From the NCBI GenBank assembly GCA_965199855.1, contig OZ241326.1, positions 2,016,001 to 2,080,000 of the forward strand: a stretch of DNA of 64,000 nucleotides. Reading direction: 5' to 3'. The DNA is from a bacterium (GTDB taxonomy: Bacteria; UBA8248). The notes under the pieces were generated by a model. The model was not told where the DNA came from. It ran no database searches and saw only the letters and a program-made list of their open reading frames with translations. Positions 17,727 to 27,254 of the stretch are shown one piece after another. The first letter of the stretch is position 1, and every line of letters begins with the position of its first letter. The translations under genes were made by a program, and so were the position numbers.

Positions 17727-18764
17727 TCAGGCCATCGCGGGCGCGACTTCCTTGGCGAACCTCTCCAGAAGCCTGAGAGACTGCTCGTGCTTCATGCCGT
17801 CGCCATAGACCCCCAGAATCACGCTGTTCAGCCCGAAATCGTCCCGCAGACGGCAGAGTTCCTGTATGTTCTCCTCGACGGAGCCAATGACGCCGCCACC
17901 GTTCAGAAATTCGCGCACATCGAGCTTGTAGCTCCAGTTTCGCTGAAGGTGCCTTCCCTCCTCTTCCGGGAAATCGACCTCGTTCACCTTCGCGCGGTAT
18001 GCCAGATAGGAGGAAAGCCCCCGCTTGAAGGCGTCCAGATAGTGCTCCTGCTCGCCGTCCTCGCAGACGTAGAAGCGGTGCACCATGGCGTAATCAATGC
18101 CGGCTGTGTCTCCGCCCGCCGCCGCGAGCGCCTCCTCGTAGAGGTTCATTTTCTCGCGATAGACTCCCGGTCCCTTGAAGCCGGCCGAGGCCATTACCTT
18201 GAATCCGTTGGCGCCGGCATACGCATAGGTTTCGGGACTCGTGCCAGCCAGCCAGATGGGAGGGCTCGGCTTTTGCAGGGGCTGCGGAAAAATACGCACG
18301 CCATGACATTGATAATGCTCTCCCTCGAACGTCACCTCCTCTCCCTTCAGGAGGCGGGAGATAATCTCCAGCCCCTCCTTGAGCCGTCCCCTGCTCTCGG
18401 ATGGCTTCGCGCCGAACGTCTTGAACTCCTTGGGCTGGGAGCCTCGGCCCACGCCCAGTTCGAGCCGTCCGCCGCTCAGCAAATCGACCATCGCCGCCTG
18501 CTCGGCCAGCCGCACCGGATTGTGAAAGGGGACGATGGATATCGCCGTCCCCAAGCGGATGTTTTTCGTCTTCTGCGCTACCGCCGCGCACCAGAGCAGC
18601 GGGTCGGGACACATGCCCACCCTGGAGAAGTGATGCTCGGCGAACCAGGCGCAATGATAGCCGAGTTCATCAGCCGCCTGGCACTGCTCCATCACCTTCC
18701 GGTAGGCGTCCGCCTCGGATTCGCCCTCTTGGGGACACAGCACGTAAAAAATCGAAAATTTCAT
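17727..18764 (-). CDS. Luciferase-like (LLM) flavin-dependent oxidoreductase
   Basis: ADELGYHCAWFAEHHF, IRLGTAI, HNPVRLAEQAAMVDLLSGGRLELGVGRG. Confidence 0.92.
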   Translation of the reverse strand: MKFSIFYVLCPQEGESEADAYRKVMEQCQAADELGYHCAWFAEHHFSRVGMCPDPLLWCAAVAQKTKNIRLGTAISIVPFHNPVRLAEQAAMVDLLSGGRLELGVGRGSQPKEFKTFGAKPSESRGRLKEGLEIISRLLKGEEVTFEGEHYQCHGVRIFPQPLQKPSPPIWLAGTSPETYAYAGANGFKVMASAGFKGPGVYREKMNLYEEALAAAGGDTAGIDYAMVHRFYVCEDGEQEHYLDAFKRGLSSYLAYRAKVNEVDFPEEEGRHLQRNWSYKLDVREFLNGGGVIGSVEENIQELCRLRDDFGLNSVILGVYGDGMKHEQSLRLLERFAKEVAPAMA

Positions 18765-18950
18765 CTTCCCCTCGCCTTTCCCGCATTCCTGAACGCGCGG
18801 ATGCGGCGTTCCGTCCCCCGCGGCGCGGCGGTTTCGGCTCACGCGATTGCGGGCTTCAACCTATCACCTTGCGCGCGCTCTGAGAAGCGAGAGACAAATC
18901 ATCACGGCCTGGGCTAGGATTGGAGAGAACCTCGCCAAAGGAGAAGCCGA

Positions 18951-19700
18951 ATGCGCTTCGAGGGCAAGACCATCATCATCACGGGCGCGGGCGCGGGCAT
19001 CGGCCGGGCAAGCGCGCTGAGGCTCGCGCGCGAGGGCGCGCGCGTCGTCTGCATGGACGTCGCGGAATCGCGCGAGGACACCGCCCGGATCATCAAGGAG
19101 AGAGGCGTCGGCGACGCGAGCGCCGTGGCCCTCAACGCCTTCGACCCGGAGGCGGTGAAGGAGGCTTTTCGGGAGGCCATTCGGGCGCGCGGGCCGATCG
19201 ACGGCCTCGTCAACTGCGTCGGCGGGGGCCTGCCCCTGTCCGCGCTGGAAATCGACGAGCAGGCTTTCGATAAAATGTTCGAGATCAACGTGAAGAGCGT
19301 CTATCGCGCCTGCTGGGCGGTGCTACCCCACATGCGGGAGAGGAGGGCCGGCAAGATCGTCAACTTCTCCTCCGTCGCGGGCCGCTCGGCCAGCGTCCTC
19401 CAGGGGCCGCACTATTCGAGTTCCAAGGCCGCCGTCATCGGCCTGACGCGCCACCTCGCCCGCGAGTTCGGCCCCTGCAACATCAACGTGAACGCCATCG
19501 CCCCGGGCGTCGTCGGCACCGAGCGCATCCTGGCGCAAATGAGCGAGGCGCAAAGGAAGAAAACGGAGTCCGCTACGCCCTTGGGGCGAATCGGCTCGCC
19601 CGAGGACGTCGCAGGCGTCGTGGCCTTCCTCGCCTCGGAAGACGCCCGGCACGTCACCGGCGTCACCATCGACGTGAACGGGGGCTTTTTCCTGGCCTAA
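18951..19700 (+). CDS. SDR family oxidoreductase (FabG-like)
   Basis: TGAGAGIG, YSSSK, NVNAIAPG, TPLGRIG. Confidence 0.92.
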   Translation: MRFEGKTIIITGAGAGIGRASALRLAREGARVVCMDVAESREDTARIIKERGVGDASAVALNAFDPEAVKEAFREAIRARGPIDGLVNCVGGGLPLSALEIDEQAFDKMFEINVKSVYRACWAVLPHMRERRAGKIVNFSSVAGRSASVLQGPHYSSSKAAVIGLTRHLAREFGPCNINVNAIAPGVVGTERILAQMSEAQRKKTESATPLGRIGSPEDVAGVVAFLASEDARHVTGVTIDVNGGFFLA

Positions 19701-19830
19701 AACGGGGGCGCCACCGCGGCTTCCATGCGGCTCGCGTTCTCTCTCGAAAACCAACGCGGCTTCCGACGACTCAGCCAGCCGAAGTTTCGGCGCCCCTTGG
19801 TCGGGTAGCCGCTCCCTCGCCCCCGTCAGC

Positions 19831-22029
19831 CTACCCCTTGGTGGATTCCGCCTCCAAAGAGGGGCCTGCAACCGCGAAATCCTTGGGCCGCATCAGCTGC
19901 ATGGCGACCGACGCGAGCATCAGGACGAGGCCCGTAGTCTTGAACCACAGGCCGTTCCAGAACAGGGCCGCGCCCGCCGCGCCCATGAGGATGCGGTCAA
20001 AAACCGTCAGCAGGCGAAGGAAGTAGCCCTCCAGGGCCGCCGAGGTGCAGATGAAGCCCAGGGCCGCGCTCGCCCAAACCAGGATGACCTCGCTCCAGGG
20101 GCCGTTGATCAGAATCGGCGTGTAGGCCATCAAAAGAGGCACGACGTAAAGCGGCTTCGCCAGCTTCAGGGAGATGAAGCCGGTCCGCATCGGGTCGCAC
20201 TGCGCGACGCCCGCGGCCACGAACGCGCCCAGGGCGAAGGGCGGTGTGAGTGCGGCGTCCTGGCTCAGCCAGAGGATGATCATGTGCGCGGTGAACATGG
20301 AGAGACCGAAATCCATAAGGGCGGGCCCGGCGAGAATGGCGATGAGGATGTAGCTCGCCGTGATCGTCATCCCCATGCCCAGGATATAGCTGGCCAAGGC
20401 CACGAGCGCCACCGCCAGAAAGAGCATGTTGTTCGAATAGGAAAGGATGATGGCCGTCATCTTCTGCGCGAGGTCGGGATGCGTGACGCCGGTGAGGACG
20501 AGGCCCATGACGCCGGCCGTCGCGCCGATAACGAGTGAATTGACGGAGCCGGTGACGAACGCATCCCCGATTTCGGACATGATGCGCCTCGCCTCCCCGT
20601 GCCGCCACGCCAGAAAGCACGCAATCGCCACGTAGAGATACACCGCGTCGCCGCCGTAGATGATGCTCGCCGCGAAGACGGCCGCCTCCAGCCCCAGCAG
20701 ATACCAGCACTTCTGCTTGAACGTGCTCACCACCACGGCAGCGGCGATGGCCCAGAAGCCCGCGAAAAACGGCGAGAACTGAAGGATGAGGAGCATGATG
20801 AGCAGCGCGATGGGAAGGAGCAGCACCCCGTCTTTTCTGAGAACGCCCCAGAAGTCGGGCAACTCCTCCCTGCTCAGGCCCTGAAGATTGTTTTTGCTCG
20901 CGTAGTAGTGAACCGACATGAAGACGGACAGATAATACAGTAGCGCGGGCACGAGGCTCACGAGGGCTACCTTGTAGTACGGGGTCTCGGTCATCGCGGC
21001 GAGAATGAAGGCGGCGGAGGCCATGATCGGCGGCATCAGGTGCCCCCCGATGCTGGCTACGGCTTCCGTGGCCGCGGCATAGGTGGCCCGGAATCCGCCG
21101 CGCTTCATGAGGGGTATCGTAAAGGTTCCCGTGATGACGATGTTCGCCGCTCCGCTGCCCACGATGGAGCCGACGAGGCCGCTCGACACCACGGACGCCT
21201 TCGCGGCCCCTCCCTTAAAGCGGCCCACCAGCGCGAAGGCGAGATCGACGAACACGTCGCCCACGCGCGTGGCCTGGAGCAGCGCGCCGAAGATCAGGAA
21301 GATGAACACCACCTGCGCATAGACGCGGGTGATGACCCCGTAAATGCCCGACTGGCTGTAGAGATAGCCCATCACGTAGCCGAACTCGGCGCCCTTGTGC
21401 GCCAGAAGGCCGGGGAACATCGGCCCCGCCCAGTCGTAGAACAGAAAAATAATGGCGACGATGGGCAGCACCAAGCCGAGCACGCGGCGGCACGTCTCCC
21501 AGACGAGGCACGCGGCCATAAAGCCGAACGCCACGTCGTTCCACTCTACGATGCCTGCTCTCGCGCCTCTGTCGTCGTAGAAATACATGAACTCGCACAT
21601 CACGAGAACGCTGAGGACGCACCAGAGAACGTCGAAGGCCGAGGGCCTCTCCCGGGGCGAACCCGCCCGACAGGGATACAGCAGGAAAGTGAGAACCGAC
21701 GTGAAGCAGATGAATATGGGCAGGGAGAACTGCTCCCCGTAGTAGGGGATGTAGGGAAACTCCAGCTGCGCCAGCTTCAAGCTCCTCGGGCCGAAGAGGG
21801 TGAAGCTTCCGTTCACCGCGCCGAAGAGAAAATACGCGGCGAACGCGAAGCCCACCACCCGCAGCGTCCAGAGGGAGGGGCCGCTCAGCGTCCTCGTTTG
21901 CGCGAGGCCCGCCCCGAGAAAATTCCCGATTCTGTCGATGACGCGGCGAAAGCTCAACCCACGATCCCCCGATACGAGGCGCGTCTCCCGCCGAAGCGCG
22001 CCCGGCGGGAAATGGGGCTCTGCCGACAT
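19831..22029 (-). CDS. TRAP transporter fused 4TM/12TM permease (TAXI type)
   Basis: GGAAKASV, GSGAANI, TGTFTIPLMKRGG, GGHLMPPIM, GMGMTITASY, TPP. Confidence 0.92.
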   Translation of the reverse strand: MSAEPHFPPGALRRETRLVSGDRGLSFRRVIDRIGNFLGAGLAQTRTLSGPSLWTLRVVGFAFAAYFLFGAVNGSFTLFGPRSLKLAQLEFPYIPYYGEQFSLPIFICFTSVLTFLLYPCRAGSPRERPSAFDVLWCVLSVLVMCEFMYFYDDRGARAGIVEWNDVAFGFMAACLVWETCRRVLGLVLPIVAIIFLFYDWAGPMFPGLLAHKGAEFGYVMGYLYSQSGIYGVITRVYAQVVFIFLIFGALLQATRVGDVFVDLAFALVGRFKGGAAKASVVSSGLVGSIVGSGAANIVITGTFTIPLMKRGGFRATYAAATEAVASIGGHLMPPIMASAAFILAAMTETPYYKVALVSLVPALLYYLSVFMSVHYYASKNNLQGLSREELPDFWGVLRKDGVLLLPIALLIMLLILQFSPFFAGFWAIAAAVVVSTFKQKCWYLLGLEAAVFAASIIYGGDAVYLYVAIACFLAWRHGEARRIMSEIGDAFVTGSVNSLVIGATAGVMGLVLTGVTHPDLAQKMTAIILSYSNNMLFLAVALVALASYILGMGMTITASYILIAILAGPALMDFGLSMFTAHMIILWLSQDAALTPPFALGAFVAAGVAQCDPMRTGFISLKLAKPLYVVPLLMAYTPILINGPWSEVILVWASAALGFICTSAALEGYFLRLLTVFDRILMGAAGAALFWNGLWFKTTGLVLMLASVAMQLMRPKDFAVAGPSLEAESTKG

Positions 22030-22031
22030 GA

Positions 22032-22061
22032 GCCGGCCGGGAGAGCAATCTCCCGGCCGGC
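22032..22061 (-). promoter_or_regulatory. Perfect 13-bp hairpin between the TAXI SBP and permease, covering the permease RBS region
   Basis: GCCGGCCGGGAGA-GCAA-TCTCCCGGCCGGC (plus strand) ends 2 nt from the ATG at 22029. Confidence 0.65.
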
Positions 22062-22083
22062 AAGAATGAAGGGAGCTGGCCTA

Positions 22084-23061
22084 TCAGTTGGGCAGCTTGT
22101 TTCCGACTTCCTTCCAGTAGCGCGCGGCGCCCGGGTGCACCTTCATGCCGATGGCGGCCATCTGCTCCAGTCCCGGAGCCATGGCGAAGCCGGAAGCCCA
22201 GCCCTTGTGCACCTTCAGAAGGAACTCGCGGCCCTTCTTCGAGAAGTTGATGCGCGCCACTTCATAGACGACGTCGGCGGGCACGTTGCAGCCCACGATC
22301 GTCCACGCGGCATAGCCGATGGTGGGCACCGGCTTGTCCACGCCGCTGTATGCCCCTTTGATGATGTCGGTCTTGAAGTAGGCCTTGTTCGACTTCAGAA
22401 GGCCTTCGCCTACTTTCCCGTCTACCGGAAGCAGGGTGATGGGCGCCGAGGTCGCCAGCTTCAGGACAGCGGGCGAAGGGACGGGATTCGGGATGGTGAA
22501 GGCGTCGAGCCGGTTGTCCTTCACGGCGTCCGCCGCCACGTTCCAGTTCAGATTCTCCTCGCGCACCTTGATGCCGGCGAGCTGCACGACGGTGCGCGTC
22601 ATGAAGTGCGTGCTGCTCCCCCGGCGAGCGAAGCTCACACGCTTGCCGTCGAGCTGCGCTACAGTTTTGATGCCGGAGTCCTTTCGCACGGCGATGTGGA
22701 ACTGGGAAACCGTGCCGGGGCCCAGACCGCACTGGTTCTTGTAGGGCTTTTTGAACATTTTTTTGCCCTGAATCGCCAGCTGCACGAGCGTGGCCACGCC
22801 GAGGCCGAATTCCGCCTTGCCGTTTTCGACCAAGCGGATATCCTCCACCGCCCCGCGCGTGGTGAGATTGTTCATCTCCACGATCTTCGACTCTTTCGAC
22901 ACCAGAGCGGCGAGGCCGCCCCAGATCACGTAGGCGGCGGCGCCCGGTCCCGCGCCGGCGACCGAGGTCTTGATGCGCGCGGCCTCAGCCCCCGAAAACG
23001 AAAGGCCGACCGCCAGCGTGAACGCGACTGCTGCGAACGCAGCGTTTTTCAGGTGCTTCAT
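22084..23061 (-). CDS. TAXI-family TRAP solute-binding protein
   Basis: Signal peptide, TRGAVEDIRLV, IKTVAQLDGKRVS, HPGAARYWKE. Confidence 0.9.
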   Translation of the reverse strand: MKHLKNAAFAAVAFTLAVGLSFSGAEAARIKTSVAGAGPGAAAYVIWGGLAALVSKESKIVEMNNLTTRGAVEDIRLVENGKAEFGLGVATLVQLAIQGKKMFKKPYKNQCGLGPGTVSQFHIAVRKDSGIKTVAQLDGKRVSFARRGSSTHFMTRTVVQLAGIKVREENLNWNVAADAVKDNRLDAFTIPNPVPSPAVLKLATSAPITLLPVDGKVGEGLLKSNKAYFKTDIIKGAYSGVDKPVPTIGYAAWTIVGCNVPADVVYEVARINFSKKGREFLLKVHKGWASGFAMAPGLEQMAAIGMKVHPGAARYWKEVGNKLPN

Positions 23062-23346
23062 CTGCTCTTCCTCCCTGGTGAATGGTGCGCCTCAAAATAA
23101 AGCGCTTCCCTGAGTATCCGCCTGAAGATGAAATCCCAAGAATTTTATATTCATTCAACAACCCGCTGCCGCCGCGCGGGATTCGGCGCGGTCGTCAACC
23201 AAAGCGCAAGCGCCAGAAACGCGGTCGCTGAATCAGAATGTCCGCATGGAGGAAATCTTAAACCATGCCGGATGAGAAAAGCAAGAAAGACTGCGATGCC
23301 GCGGCGAAAACCAGAACGGCGACGCAGGGCATCGCTCAGCGTAGCG

Positions 23347-24711
23347 TCAGCGCCCCGCTCCCATATTCGGCATTTGCGCCGTCCAGCCCAGCTCCGCCTC
23401 GCACCAACGGGCGGCGGCGAGCAGCTCCGCCTCGCCGAACCGCCGCCCGCCCAGCTGAATCCCGATGGGCAGGCGATTCTCGCCCCGGCCCACGGGCAGG
23501 GTGATGGACGGAAATCCGATTTGCGTGAAAGGCTCGTTGAACAGGGCGCTTCCCGTAGATTCCTCGGCCATGGGAGCGCAGGCGACATGAGCGGGCAGGA
23601 TGAGAAGCCCGAACCGCCGGAGGAAAATCTCCATCTTCCAGATGAAGCGCGCCCGAAAGCGCAGGGCGTTCACGTAATGAACGGCCGGCGTCATGAGGCC
23701 CGCTGCGATGTTTTTGTGGATTTCAGGCGCGTAAGCCGCCTGATTTTCCAGAAACATTCTCTCATGCCAGGAAGCCGCCTCCACCCGCATGATGATTCGG
23801 TGCGCCGCGTGCATCTCCTCCATGTCCACCGGCAGCCTCCCCTCTTCCACGTCCACGCCCAAGTCTCTGAGGCTCGCAACGCGCTCCTCGATTCGCTCGG
23901 CCACCTCCCGACTCGCCCGCGGGAGAAAATCCTCTTTCCAGAAACAGACCCGCTCAGGCTTGGCCGGCGCGGACGCTTCCGCGTAATCGGACGCAACGGA
24001 ATCAGACGCCTGCCTGCCGTCCCCGTCGGCGCCCGCCATGGCCGTGAACAGGCGCGCCGCGTCCTCGGCGCATCTGGCGATAATCCCCACGTGATCAAGA
24101 CGCCAGGACACCGGGACCATTCCGCTCCTGGGGATGCGTCCATAGGTGGGCTTGAGCCCCACGACGCCGCAAAACGCCGCGGGCCGCAGGGTTGAGCCGC
24201 CCGTCTGGCTGCCCACCGCGCCCGGAACCATTCCGGCGGCCACTGCCGCCGCGGAGCCGCTGCTCGAACCGCCTGGGCTTCGCTCCAGGTTCCACGGATT
24301 CCGCGTAATCGGCGGATCGGAGGTGGCGAACTGCGTGGTGATCGTCTTGCCGAGAAAAACCGCGCCCGCTCTCCTGAGACGCGCCGCGAGAGGGGCGTCC
24401 TCATCGGGCAGATGACCTTTCAAGAGAGGAGAACCCGCCTCGCGCGGCATCCCGGCGACATCCGCGATATCCTTGAAGCCGACGGGGGCGCCTGCAAGCC
24501 GCTCAACGCAGGCGCCGCCGGCGTTCCGTTCGTCAATCGCCTTCGCTCTCGCCAGAGCGCCCGCCTTGTCCACGTGCGCCCACGCGCGGACCTCGGGATC
24601 GACCGCGCCAATTCTCTCCAGCAAAGAGCGCGTCCATTCAGAAGCGGACAAACCGCCTTCCCGGATGCTCCTCAGCCCGTCGGAGAGACTCAGACGCCAG
24701 GGTTCTCGCAT
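23347..24711 (-). CDS. Amidase signature family protein (GatA/AtzE-like)
   Basis: KD, PGGSSSGSAAAVAAG, GSQTGGSTLRPAAFCG (Ser-cisSer-Lys triad). Confidence 0.92.
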   Translation of the reverse strand: MREPWRLSLSDGLRSIREGGLSASEWTRSLLERIGAVDPEVRAWAHVDKAGALARAKAIDERNAGGACVERLAGAPVGFKDIADVAGMPREAGSPLLKGHLPDEDAPLAARLRRAGAVFLGKTITTQFATSDPPITRNPWNLERSPGGSSSGSAAAVAAGMVPGAVGSQTGGSTLRPAAFCGVVGLKPTYGRIPRSGMVPVSWRLDHVGIIARCAEDAARLFTAMAGADGDGRQASDSVASDYAEASAPAKPERVCFWKEDFLPRASREVAERIEERVASLRDLGVDVEEGRLPVDMEEMHAAHRIIMRVEAASWHERMFLENQAAYAPEIHKNIAAGLMTPAVHYVNALRFRARFIWKMEIFLRRFGLLILPAHVACAPMAEESTGSALFNEPFTQIGFPSITLPVGRGENRLPIGIQLGGRRFGEAELLAAARWCEAELGWTAQMPNMGAGR

Positions 24712-24923
24712 TCCGGCTCCCCGCGCGCGCCTCGCGCTTGCCGCTGCGGTGCGCCGTTCAATTCCTCCAGTTTTTCCAGTATTTCGATCAAATGGGGCTT
24801 GCCGCCCGCCGGCAGCCGCCAGTTCACATGCGTCACGGCCACGTTCTGGCGTTCGAGATCATCCGCGAACATCTCGAGTCCCAGGCTGACGACCCGAAGC
24901 GGCGCGCGGCGCATATCCTTCAT
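24690..24923 (-). CDS. Stand-alone FdrA C-terminal-like small protein
   Basis: VVSLGLEMFADDL...VNWRLPAGG resembles the C-terminal segment of E. coli FdrA; starts 3 nt after the FdrA stop. Confidence 0.7.
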   Translation of the reverse strand: MKDMRRAPLRVVSLGLEMFADDLERQNVAVTHVNWRLPAGGKPHLIEILEKLEELNGAPQRQARGARGEPECENPGV

Positions 24924-24926
24924 GGC

Positions 24927-26618
24927 CTATCCATCCTCCAGCAATTCCGGCTTGATCAGCGCCGCGGCGAACCGCGCCGCCTGCGCGTTCGAGGGCAGGA
25001 TGACCACGCCGGCCTCCTCCAAAATCCTTATCTGCGCGTCCAGCCCCTGCGGATCGCCCTCCGTTCCCACCACCGAGGCGACGAAAACCAGATCGTTCGC
25101 CTTCCGCCCCGCCTTCTTTATGGCCCGCGCCAAGGGTCCCGCCGGATCGGGGGCGCTTCCCCTGCCCAGCATCAGGTCGAACAGAATCACTCCGACATTT
25201 TCATCCTCGACCGATTGAAAAACCATTTCCGCGCGGGCCTCCGGGTCAATCATGGGGTGGGGTCTCCCCATCGTATATTGATCATCTCCCAGGTCGAGGA
25301 TTCGATGACGCCCTTCCCCCTCGTTCCAGAACACGTCGCCGAGCAGGGATTCGAGTATGAAGCGGCTCTCGTGGGCGAGCGTCCCCCCGGAGAAAAGTCC
25401 CAGAATCCCCGCGCCCCTCGGCCTGCCGCCGCGCCTTACAGAGGAGACGCGCTCCTTCACCGTCTCTCGCGCGAAGAAATTCTCCGGGCGATGGCTCTCC
25501 CCTTTCAGGATCGCCGCCAAGGCGTCGCCCGCATCCTCCAGAGTCCGCGCCCAACCCGGTCGCTCCGCCCCCAGAAAGCAGACTACGTGGGGCTTTCCAA
25601 GCGCGCTCAGCGCCTCTTCGATTCCGGGCAGCACCTCCGCCGCCGGCGGCTTGGAGATGAGCGCGACGATTCGCGTTTCCGGGTCATCGGCCAGAAAGTC
25701 AAGCGCGTGGAGCGTCATCAAGCCGCCCACCTCAGCGGACAAATCGCGCCCGCCCACGCCAATGCCGTGGGAAATTCCCTCGCCCAGGGCGTCGAGTCGC
25801 GAGGCGAGCGCCTGGAGGCCGGTGCCCGAGGCCGCGACGCAGCCCACGCGCCCCGGCTTCACCACGTTTGCGAACCCGAGCCCCACGCCGCCAACATAGG
25901 CCGTTCCGCAGTCAGGACCCATGAGGAGCAAGCCGCGCTCTACGGCTTCCCGCTTGAGGGCCGCCTCATCCTCGATTGGCACGTTGTCGCTGAAAAGGAA
26001 AACATGAAGCCCCAGGCGCAGGGCGTTCATGGCCTCTTTTCCGGCGTAGGCGCCGGGGATGGAGATCATCGCCAGGTTGGCGTCCGGCGCCTCGGTGAAC
26101 GCGCCCGCCAAATGAGAGGGCGAAAAATCTCCCCCCCCGCCCCGAGCGGAGCGGGCTTCCGCCAGAAAACCTTTCGCCTCCTCGATCGCCTCGAGCGCGA
26201 CCTCTCGGGATGCCGCCTCCACGGCCAGAACCAAGTCGTTCGGCCCGGCCTCAATATCCTCCTCCCCGACGAGTCCCGCCCGAAGCATGAGTTCATGGTT
26301 CATGGGCGTGCCCATGAGCGCGGCGGCCTCGGAGACGCCGGCCCTTTGGCGAAGCGTCCGCGCAAGCCGCATGAGCTTCACGGAATCCTGATACAAGGAA
26401 GGCAGGACGAGGCTTGCGAGCGCCAATTTATCTTCGGAGAGAGCCGCCGCAGACGGAACGAAAGGCTCCAGCGTTTTCTCGAAGGAGGCGGCCGACAGCG
26501 TTCGGATCATTTCCGCCGCCTCGTCGGCGGCCGCGGCGACGCGCTTTTCGTCATTGAGATCGAATACGCCGCGCGCCATCCGCTCGATTCGCCCGGCGAC
26601 GCCGTCCGGCTCTCTCAT
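24927..26618 (-). CDS. fdrA: FdrA (AllF)-family acyl-CoA synthetase-like protein with an approximately 64-aa N-terminal extension
   Basis: YQDSVKLM, MGTPMN, FSDNV, MGPDCGT, ASGTG, GVGGRDL, FSGGTL, DLGDDQYTMGRPHPMIDP; ATGA overlap with the ubiX stop. Confidence 0.85.
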   Translation of the reverse strand: MREPDGVAGRIERMARGVFDLNDEKRVAAAADEAAEMIRTLSAASFEKTLEPFVPSAAALSEDKLALASLVLPSLYQDSVKLMRLARTLRQRAGVSEAAALMGTPMNHELMLRAGLVGEEDIEAGPNDLVLAVEAASREVALEAIEEAKGFLAEARSARGGGGDFSPSHLAGAFTEAPDANLAMISIPGAYAGKEAMNALRLGLHVFLFSDNVPIEDEAALKREAVERGLLLMGPDCGTAYVGGVGLGFANVVKPGRVGCVAASGTGLQALASRLDALGEGISHGIGVGGRDLSAEVGGLMTLHALDFLADDPETRIVALISKPPAAEVLPGIEEALSALGKPHVVCFLGAERPGWARTLEDAGDALAAILKGESHRPENFFARETVKERVSSVRRGGRPRGAGILGLFSGGTLAHESRFILESLLGDVFWNEGEGRHRILDLGDDQYTMGRPHPMIDPEARAEMVFQSVEDENVGVILFDLMLGRGSAPDPAGPLARAIKKAGRKANDLVFVASVVGTEGDPQGLDAQIRILEEAGVVILPSNAQAARFAAALIKPELLEDG

Positions 26619-27229
26619 CCGGACGCTTCCCCGTCGTTGCGGGCTGAGAGGGTTTTCCGCTCCGGGTGCTGGCCTCGCCACCGCTCGAACAGGTTCTGCT
26701 CGAGGCCCAGGGTCGTCAGCGTCTTGCCCACCACGTGATCGATCAAATCCTCCATCGCGCGGGGTCTGAAATAGAACCCAGGCGAGGCAGGCAGGATGAA
26801 GACGCCCATCAGCGCGAGTTTGTGCATGTTCTCCAGGTGGATTGCGGAAAGCGGCATTTCGCGCGGCACGAGAACGAGTTTTCTCTGCTCCTTGAGCATC
26901 ACGTCCGCCGCCCGGCATATCAGGTTCTCGCCCGTGCCGGCGGCTATCTGCCCGAGCGTTTTGAGAGAGCAGGGAGCTATCGCCATCGCGTCGAAGCCGG
27001 CGCTCCCGCTCGCGGGCCGCGCCCCGATGTCGTTTTCCGGGTGAACGACGCGCGCCCAGGAAGAAAGCTTGGCGAGGTCCACGTCCGTCTCGTAGTTCAG
27101 GACGCGAATGCCCGCCCGGGAGACGACGAGGTGGGTTTCCACCTCGGGATATGCGTCGTGCAGAACCTCCATGAGCCGAACGCCGTATATCGAGCCGGAA
27201 GCGCCCGTGACGCCCACCACCAGTTTCAT
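26615..27229 (-). CDS. ubiX: UbiX/Pad1 flavin prenyltransferase
   Basis: GVTGASGSIYG, ASGS, APCSLKTL, RAADVMLKEQRKLVLVPREMPL. Confidence 0.95.
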   Translation of the reverse strand: MKLVVGVTGASGSIYGVRLMEVLHDAYPEVETHLVVSRAGIRVLNYETDVDLAKLSSWARVVHPENDIGARPASGSAGFDAMAIAPCSLKTLGQIAAGTGENLICRAADVMLKEQRKLVLVPREMPLSAIHLENMHKLALMGVFILPASPGFYFRPRAMEDLIDHVVGKTLTTLGLEQNLFERWRGQHPERKTLSARNDGEASG

Positions 27230-27254
27230 CGAACGACTCCGGCTTCAGGAAAAC

